IMG/VR virus record: IMGVR_UViG_3300027503_000002 | Origin: a virus | Direction: 5' to 3' (one strand) | Length of the DNA stretch: 64,000 nt | Shown: one piece after another, positions 57,817 through 64,000 of the stretch | Layout: each line of letters begins with the position of its first letter | Numbering within the stretch: position 1 is the stretch's first letter | Position numbers and translations under genes: made by a program | The notes under the pieces: model-generated | The model's database searches: none | The model's input: only the letters and a program-made list of their open reading frames with translations | What the model was told of the DNA's origin: nothing

Positions 57817-60404
57817 TATGCACTATAGTTATTTACAGGAATAGATGTTTCTTTTACCCCTTTAAGCGAAAGTTTTGAATCCAAGAATCTAACTTTTACT
57901 CTAACTGGCGAAGTAGTCAGTGTTACGCCATCCAAACTTACTTTGCAATTAAACTTTGATTCATAATATGAATAGCCGTTATCGATCTCTCCGTTCTTTG
58001 AAGGTCTTTTAGCCGAAAACTGTACGACTCTGTTGCCCTCTGATGATCTTGACTCGGCATAGTTGTATACATCTTCGAACACAAGACCAGTTCCGTTAGC
58101 TGCCGTACCATTTGTTTTTGTAAAGACTGTTCCAATTCTTGGTGAGCTTGCTCCAATGCTTCCCCAATTAGTAGTGTTGCCGAGATTAAGAATTTTATAC
58201 TGTCTTCCGCTTACCATCTGATCTAGCGGAACTCCCCAAGATCTTGGCATAAATTTGCCACTTTCAGGTAGATTAATATCGGAAATTTGTCTATATTTTA
58301 ATTTATCTGCTGGAATAACTTTAAAATCAGAATAGCCCCCATCCCAATTAGTATCATACTGGTAATAAAAACTAATACCTTCTGAGCCCAGACCATCTTG
58401 GAATCTTGCGTATAAATGATGATATCCGGCAGTTAGCAAGATTTCTCCGCTGCTGGACGGCATTGCTGCAATCGAAGCGCTGTCAGTTGGACTTGCGAAA
58501 CCGTGACCGCTATACCAAACGCTAGCAGCTTGACCATCAATGTACAGATCAGCCGCATCATCAGAGTCTATCTTGAAATTGTATTTAACAACTGGATAAC
58601 AAAGACCATCACCAGTGCTTTGATAAGAATTTTTAACAAACGTGAGCCCAAGCTTTGGAGGAATAGCGGCCCCGCCCGCGCCAGTTAAACCAATCGCCGC
58701 CCACTGCCCTGTGTCGCCAACTTTAATAATTTCATACATTACTCCAGCAGTGGTATCTGGAACCTGCCTCTTCAAGTTGCTCACCAATGGGATATACAAG
58801 TAACCCATCATTTCCATAGCATAATTATCAACGCTGGTCGTGTTGCCGCGAACACTTTGCTCATTTGTGGCCTCAACGATTCCCTCATACACGCCTTCGT
58901 ATTTGAAGGCGGGCATCCCGCTGATAAGCTGGTCAAACTCTACCTTGCCAGTTGGTGAGGAAAGGCCAGTCCAGAATGGAGCATTGCCAGTATTTGTTCC
59001 TGTAGATGGTAGATGACCAGAAAATGTTGATAGGGCTTTATAAATTCTTTCTTGACTTGGCTCTAAAATTTTTCTCCAGTGAGTTGTTCTTACAGTGTTT
59101 CCTGCGCCAGTTGGGATACCTCCGGTTCCGCTAAATCCACTGACAGCTTGAAAATAAGTACTCTTTTCACTCCCTGTTGGGAAGTTTACAAGCTCTCCAC
59201 TATTATACAAATAAGTAGAATCCCAATCAGAAATTGATAATTTTGCAAATTGAGTTGGGCCATACTTGACCAAATCTCCAGACACATATTCTGCAAAATA
59301 ATTCGGATCTGAACTTGTTGTATTTCTGTATTCTGACAGAAGCTTGTAATCCGCTGGATGATAGGATCGGTAAACAAGTCCGCTCTGGAACGAGTATGGA
59401 TACTCAATATAAATTTGATTCTTGGTTGAATCCTGATTCAGTAAAGACCACTCGTATTCGATATCTTCATCATATGTGTCTAGATCAATATTTGAGACAA
59501 TCTCTCCGTTTCTTTTGACGACGACTTCTACAGGACTTGAAGTGACCTTGTAAGCGTTCTTGGATAAAATATCAATGTACGAGTTTACAATTGTCGCAGA
59601 GGCAAATGAGACAGTATCATTCATATCCACAGCTTGATTTGTGGAGAATGAATCTTGAATTACTCCATCTGTGGAATCTGGCGCTTCATTTACAAATTCA
59701 AGGCTGGTATAGTCATCAACCGGCTTATCTACTGGAGCCATCAACTGCTTGATGTCCATATTCAAAGAATGGTGAGTGGCGCCAGCGCTGATCTGAGAGC
59801 CGCCAATTTTTAATCTACCGTAGCCAACTGGTATAGCTTGTCCCTGAGATGCATTATTGGGTTTATTACCAAAAAGATAAGATTTTCCGCCAGCTTGAAC
59901 TTCTTGGTTGAAGTCTGGTTTTGGCGGTGGGAACAAAAGACCCATCACACCTTGCAAGACTAGGCTGGCACCAAGACCTATCAAAGTTGAACCAAGAAGC
60001 GAAAGCGAGCCCCCAGCAGAAACAGCCGCACCAGTTGTTGTTAATGCGCCCGCCGTTCCAAACCAAGCCGCGCCAAAAGCTCCTGCTGCACCAGCAGTAA
60101 GAACTATTGCCAAAACTCCGACAGCAATTAAAACCCCATTTTTTCCTGCTCCCCATACAATCGGCACAATGTGAACTTCCTTTGGAGCTTTTTTAATCTC
60201 AAGCTCCTCTTTAGTTTTTATGACTTCTTCGTCAACAACGACACGATAATGAACTCCCTTTGCAGCAAGCCTTTTAATTTCTAAGTCAAAGTTTCTTTTG
60301 TTTGCCTTGATTGCAAGAAAAGCCTCCTTTGGAGACTCAATGTGAAAATTGAATTCGTGCCCAAACTTGTTTCGCAGTTCACCGTAAAGAAAAACTTTAG
60401 TCAT
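57816..60404 (-). CDS. Tail assembly protein I-like, with long C-terminal extension (PA14 and CBM-like modules)
   Basis: VFLYGELRNKFG, VHIVP..WGAG, hydrophobic Gly/Ala stretch, SYLF...QGQAIPVGYGRLKIG; later SDDAADLYIDG. Confidence 0.85.
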   Translation of the reverse strand: MTKVFLYGELRNKFGHEFNFHIESPKEAFLAIKANKRNFDLEIKRLAAKGVHYRVVVDEEVIKTKEELEIKKAPKEVHIVPIVWGAGKNGVLIAVGVLAIVLTAGAAGAFGAAWFGTAGALTTTGAAVSAGGSLSLLGSTLIGLGASLVLQGVMGLLFPPPKPDFNQEVQAGGKSYLFGNKPNNASQGQAIPVGYGRLKIGGSQISAGATHHSLNMDIKQLMAPVDKPVDDYTSLEFVNEAPDSTDGVIQDSFSTNQAVDMNDTVSFASATIVNSYIDILSKNAYKVTSSPVEVVVKRNGEIVSNIDLDTYDEDIEYEWSLLNQDSTKNQIYIEYPYSFQSGLVYRSYHPADYKLLSEYRNTTSSDPNYFAEYVSGDLVKYGPTQFAKLSISDWDSTYLYNSGELVNFPTGSEKSTYFQAVSGFSGTGGIPTGAGNTVRTTHWRKILEPSQERIYKALSTFSGHLPSTGTNTGNAPFWTGLSSPTGKVEFDQLISGMPAFKYEGVYEGIVEATNEQSVRGNTTSVDNYAMEMMGYLYIPLVSNLKRQVPDTTAGVMYEIIKVGDTGQWAAIGLTGAGGAAIPPKLGLTFVKNSYQSTGDGLCYPVVKYNFKIDSDDAADLYIDGQAASVWYSGHGFASPTDSASIAAMPSSSGEILLTAGYHHLYARFQDGLGSEGISFYYQYDTNWDGGYSDFKVIPADKLKYRQISDINLPESGKFMPRSWGVPLDQMVSGRQYKILNLGNTTNWGSIGASSPRIGTVFTKTNGTAANGTGLVFEDVYNYAESRSSEGNRVVQFSAKRPSKNGEIDNGYSYYESKFNCKVSLDGVTLTTSPVRVKVRFLDSKLSLKGVKETSIPVNNYSA

Positions 60405-60759
60405 ATTGTTTCTTTAAAATTTGCACAAAATCCTTGTTAACGTGAATTGATTTTGGCAAAATAAGATTAAACTTTTCGGACTTTTTACTATAGATCACAA
60501 AAGGAATGCACGAATTCTCACAATTAAATTGGTCAAACTTTGACTCAAGCTCGCCAGAATCTGGATGAGTATGATAAATTGCCGCCAATTTGCCTGTTTT
60601 AATCTTCTTTAAAATTTCGAGCGGGTGAATTTCAAATATATCATTTTGATAAACTGCCACATTCTTGGCTGGCTCACTTACCAATTGACCGTCTTCAACC
60701 AAAACAAAGCCGCAGACTTCGGCGTCGGATGTGTTAGCGTGCTCAATGATGGATTTCAT
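60397..60759 (-). CDS. Tail assembly protein K-like, JAB/MPN domain only
   Basis: EVCGF, IYHTHP, S.FD. Start placed at the ATG at 60759. Confidence 0.8.
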   Translation of the reverse strand: MKSIIEHANTSDAEVCGFVLVEDGQLVSEPAKNVAVYQNDIFEIHPLEILKKIKTGKLAAIYHTHPDSGELESKFDQFNCENSCIPFVIYSKKSEKFNLILPKSIHVNKDFVQILKKQYD

Positions 60760-60760
60760 A

Positions 60761-62257
60761 TTACGACGAAATTGAATACTCCTCTGTTCCGGGGAATCCG
60801 CCAAACGGCAAGTAAGACTTGTTTCCAAATCTCATTTTGCAGCCCTCTATCGTTCTTGAGCACTGATCAGCAACCCAGTATTCTTTATTAAATAATGGGC
60901 TTTTGGCAGGAGTTGCCGTGTGGTTTTTTAAACAAAAATAAAATCTTTGCAGCGGCTCCCAATTTGGAATGGAATTAACATCGCGCTTAGTGACCTTGAC
61001 ATTGTGATTTTCAATGTAAACATAATCGCCAACTCGATAGTTCGTGTTGTTTTGCCAGCGGCCTGCAAAGGTTTCTCCCATCACACTATCCTTATCCAAA
61101 GAAATCGATTTGCTAATCGAAAGCGTAGTATAAAATCTTTGGCTAGATGTCAAAGATCCATACTCGGTTGGATCATAATAAAACCTAGTTGATGGGAGAG
61201 AAATGAAGGATGATGAATTTGGAACTTTGTAAGTTAAGGTTAAGTATTGGTCTCCTCCCAATCCATTAGCTTCAAAAAATCTTATCACAAGTCTATGATA
61301 CCCTTCTGGTAATGTTATGCTGCCAGAGACATTTACAGTTGACCCGTTAGAAGAATAACGAGAACAAATGAGCGTATTATTGATAAATAACTCTACACAA
61401 TCATTCACTTGAACTTGAAAAGAATAAGTCCCGCCCTGCCCATAATCAACTTTAAAGTATCCTAGAAACTCGTAATAATAATTATCTGCCACCTCTGGAG
61501 TAGTCGCAGAGACTAATGTTTCTGAACTTGCTAAATAAGAGGCGGCAGCTATGGCGCTAGTAAAAGAAGCGTTGCTTGTAGGCATTGTTGTACCATTGTA
61601 CCTCCTTCTAATCAAAGATCCTTGATTTAAATCTGTTGGGAGGCTTAGTCTCAGATCGTTTTCATCTGCAACTGGTGGACCCATATATCTGCATCCATTA
61701 CCTCTATAATGAAAAGAGCAGTAGCGCGCCATTACAGTTCTTCTTGGAAAAGTAACGTTTTCAATTTCCAGCGGCGAAGCTAATTCAAGTTCAATCGCTG
61801 CCCTGTTTTCGCTCGCCCTTCTGAGAACAAAAAACACTTGATCTTCTAACCCAGCCGTAGCGTCAGCTGACCCGTAGGGATTCCGACCTTCGGCAAAGTT
61901 AGCGTTGTCAAGAAACTTTAAAAATGTTCTTTTTCTGACCACCTTAGCGCCAACAAGGTTATTGTAACGTCTAATTAAATTAGATACGAAGAAATCTTGA
62001 TTGGAAACCGCCAGCTTTGGTCTTGGTAAGCTGCCGTCACCTTTGCTTTCAAATCCAGAACTCTGAATTGGAAATGGCAGATACTCAACGCCCTGCCAGT
62101 ATATCGAACCATTTATTCCATTAGTTCCGCCGTGAATGTAAAGTTTATCATCAGGAGTATTAACGTAATCATAATAAATAACGAAAAACTCCAGAAGAGC
62201 GGTTGGCTCTAATGAAAATAGTTCAGAATTTACCTTTTGACTAGATTCCCTAGACAT
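60761..62257 (-). CDS. Minor tail protein L-like with PA14 insert
   Basis: WQGVEY..FPI..GFE..GDG.LPRP.L.VSN, ELASPLE, four Cys (C..YRG..C; CS....C..RF), and LPFGGFPG. Confidence 0.9.
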   Translation of the reverse strand: MSRESSQKVNSELFSLEPTALLEFFVIYYDYVNTPDDKLYIHGGTNGINGSIYWQGVEYLPFPIQSSGFESKGDGSLPRPKLAVSNQDFFVSNLIRRYNNLVGAKVVRKRTFLKFLDNANFAEGRNPYGSADATAGLEDQVFFVLRRASENRAAIELELASPLEIENVTFPRRTVMARYCSFHYRGNGCRYMGPPVADENDLRLSLPTDLNQGSLIRRRYNGTTMPTSNASFTSAIAAASYLASSETLVSATTPEVADNYYYEFLGYFKVDYGQGGTYSFQVQVNDCVELFINNTLICSRYSSNGSTVNVSGSITLPEGYHRLVIRFFEANGLGGDQYLTLTYKVPNSSSFISLPSTRFYYDPTEYGSLTSSQRFYTTLSISKSISLDKDSVMGETFAGRWQNNTNYRVGDYVYIENHNVKVTKRDVNSIPNWEPLQRFYFCLKNHTATPAKSPLFNKEYWVADQCSRTIEGCKMRFGNKSYLPFGGFPGTEEYSISS

Positions 62258-62278
62258 TTCCTTTTACCTTTAGATTAT

Positions 62279-62285
62279 ATTACAC
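62279..62285 (-). promoter_or_regulatory. GTGTAAT variant of the late motif heading the tail-tip operon
   Basis: Minus strand GTGTAATATAAT, starting 28 nt before the ATG at 62257. Confidence 0.45.
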
Positions 62286-62287
62286 TG

Positions 62288-62767
62288 ATGGACCCTAAAA
62301 GCAAGATAAAAATAGATTCTTTTGAGGTCAGTAGGATGTACCTGACAGACATTCCAGAGGTATTAAAAATGGCCATTGAGGCCCAATCCTCTTTCGGAGT
62401 TAACCCAATATCGTCTCCCACAGCCTTTATCCAAGAAATGAGCAGGGTATTGCAGGCGAATACTAGATTTTCGTTTGTTTTCCGTTCAAATAATAAAATA
62501 TTTGCAGCTTTCATCTTTAGCGCGAAAACAACTAAAAGCGCCGATTTCCTTTATGCTTTCTCAAATCCTAGAATTATTCAAACAGAAGAAATGTACGAGG
62601 CGTTCTCAAATAAACTAAAGGAGATGCCTTTTGATGTTATTTATGCTTATGTCTTGAAGAAGAGAAAAAGATTTGAAGTTTACGTCAGATTTTTAAAATC
62701 TATTGGATTTAAAAAGATTTTTAATGAAAATGATGTTTATCTGGTGATTTCGAACGAAAAAGCTTGA
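62288..62767 (+). CDS. GNAT-fold-like protein
   Basis: IFAAFIF...YAYVLKKR...RFLKSIGFK. Start placed at the ATG at 62288. Confidence 0.45.
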   Translation: MDPKSKIKIDSFEVSRMYLTDIPEVLKMAIEAQSSFGVNPISSPTAFIQEMSRVLQANTRFSFVFRSNNKIFAAFIFSAKTTKSADFLYAFSNPRIIQTEEMYEAFSNKLKEMPFDVIYAYVLKKRKRFEVYVRFLKSIGFKKIFNENDVYLVISNEKA

Positions 62768-62792
62768 CAAAGGATCATTGGTCGCTTAAATT
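62764..62792 (+). promoter_or_regulatory. sigma70-like promoter with very short leader
   Basis: TTGACA-N17-TAAATT, then 7 nt, then the ATG at 62800. Confidence 0.6.
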
Positions 62793-62799
62793 CATAGCA

Positions 62800-63174
62800 A
62801 TGAATTTAAACAGGCTCGTAAGCCTTGCCAGAAACTTAATCATCTACGACGACATCGAGTTGCGGTGTCGGCACTTCGCATTCATTTTAAACAAAAGCAA
62901 AATAGTTTCTATCGGGCGAAACTCCAAGAAGTCTCACCCAATTAACCAAAAGTATGGTTATTTTGACGGAAGTGGTTTACACGCAGAGGCTTGCGCGGTA
63001 ATTAAGTCTGGAAATATCGACCATTCAAGGCATACTTTAGTCACGTTTCGTATTGACAGGAACAATAAAGTTGCTATGGGTAAGCCGTGCAGACACTGCC
63101 AAAAGCTTCTCAACGACGTTAACTTTAAGGAGATTTATTATTCTGATGAACAAGGACAATTCCAAAAAGCCTGA
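62800..63174 (+). CDS. Zn-dependent cytidine/dCMP deaminase-fold protein
   Basis: H.A.I...IVSIGRN, LHAEACA, KPCRHC. Confidence 0.8.
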   Translation: MNLNRLVSLARNLIIYDDIELRCRHFAFILNKSKIVSIGRNSKKSHPINQKYGYFDGSGLHAEACAVIKSGNIDHSRHTLVTFRIDRNNKVAMGKPCRHCQKLLNDVNFKEIYYSDEQGQFQKA

Positions 63175-63457
63175 AGATATCATTTCTGATGGATTCGGCA
63201 GTAGCTGGGTAAAGTGCAAGATGGGCGAGGCGTGTGGTTTGCACGTTGTTCGCCCCGGCAAGTCTCAGTGCTGGTGCGACTCTAAAACAGCTTTCCTGTA
63301 CGAGGACAGCTTTGAGTCAAAAGATAAGGCTCGGCTTGCTGGTTGGGCTGGAGATGGCTGGTATTTTTGGGGGGAAGATGATGTGTCCTGCTACGGACCC
63401 TACAAAACTGAATTGGAAACTAAGCGGGACTTTCTAAGATACTTAAACTCAATTTAA
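63146..63457 (+). CDS. Hypothetical Cys/Trp-rich protein
   Basis: C...C.L..VRPGKSQC.C and GWYFW...GPY. Start placed at the ATG at 63146. Confidence 0.55.
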   Translation: MNKDNSKKPEDIISDGFGSSWVKCKMGEACGLHVVRPGKSQCWCDSKTAFLYEDSFESKDKARLAGWAGDGWYFWGEDDVSCYGPYKTELETKRDFLRYLNSI

Positions 63458-64000
63458 TGAATATTTTAATTATTGAAGCTACCAGCAAGCGGAAGCCGCT
63501 GGCTGAAGATTACAGTGACACTTCCATTGTTCATTGCCGTAATAGTCTTATTTTAAAGAAAGCTCTTGGCGCCGATCTTCTTGACGGCGAGTACTTCCTA
63601 CCAGAAGTACTGAAGAAGCAGTACGACATCATCATCTGCTGCTACGCTTCGCCGTATATGCCGCACGTACCTTACCGTCAGGTTCTTGAGAAGAACCCCA
63701 AGGCAAGGTATATCTGGCTTGTAAACGATCACGATATCGAGGATAACCAGCTTCTCCGCTGGGGTATCATTAATATGGGGCTGACCTATGATATGATCTG
63801 CAACAATCCCAGAGAAGGCTATCGTCACTGGATTTTGAATAAAAACATTGCAAATAAGAAACTTAATGATTTTATTAACAAGTGGCTCACAGTTAATTTA
63901 AACTCGCTGATTATGGACGAGAACAGAACTCCTGTTGACCACTCACAGAAGAATGGTGTCATTTATTACGGCACCTACCGCAAATGGCGCGCCGAGTCGT
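63457..64000 (+). CDS. GT-B-like protein, possibly related to DNA beta-glucosyltransferase (3'-partial; not in the ORF track)
   Basis: MNILIIEATS...YDIIICCYAS...YIWLVNDH...VIYYGTYRKWRAES; open to the window end; TAATG-coupled. Confidence 0.5.
   Translation, partial: MNILIIEATSKRKPLAEDYSDTSIVHCRNSLILKKALGADLLDGEYFLPEVLKKQYDIIICCYASPYMPHVPYRQVLEKNPKARYIWLVNDHDIEDNQLLRWGIINMGLTYDMICNNPREGYRHWILNKNIANKKLNDFINKWLTVNLNSLIMDENRTPVDHSQKNGVIYYGTYRKWRAES

Noticed and set aside
1-64000. Stop-codon reassignment
   Set aside because: Genes are full length in code 11, and TAA, TGA and TAG all occur as stops at sensible boundaries.

Overview
This is a 64 kb segment of a large tailed dsDNA phage genome in standard genetic code. 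The lambda-type L/K/I/J tail-tip genes suggest a siphovirus-like virion. I saw no tRNA, CRISPR array, integrase or intein. Contents: (i) a tail fibre with an S74 chaperone, followed by a 5-Ig-domain protein with a mucin-like Thr/Ser/Pro tail and an uninterrupted run of 8 glycan-modifying genes ending in an Aah/TibC-type protein O-heptosyltransferase; (ii) a leftward dUTPase-sigma-SSB-GT-Hsp20 block, with a consensus sigma54 promoter before hsp20; (iii) a divergent intergenic region with two C(GNA)G mini-hairpins and 12 G-runs, a candidate G-quadruplex origin; (iv) a second glycan block (ColD-like dehydratase, Gmd, GT9-like, GT90); (v) replication and recombination genes (ThyX, RecA, DnaB, primase, Cas4-like nuclease, and a DnaE split around a DEDDh exonuclease), a ClpC-like ATPase and NrdAB; (vi) two receptor-binding-type cassettes sharing a promoter and N-terminal peptide; (vii) a leftward tail-tip operon with a split gpJ and added carbohydrate-binding modules. 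Three promoter classes are visible: sigma70-like with very short leaders, sigma54, and a recurring GTGTAAA motif about 15 nt before putative late genes. The leading candidate system is phage-encoded O-glycosylation of a mucin-like virion protein. All calls rest on motif recognition by eye; no searches were run.
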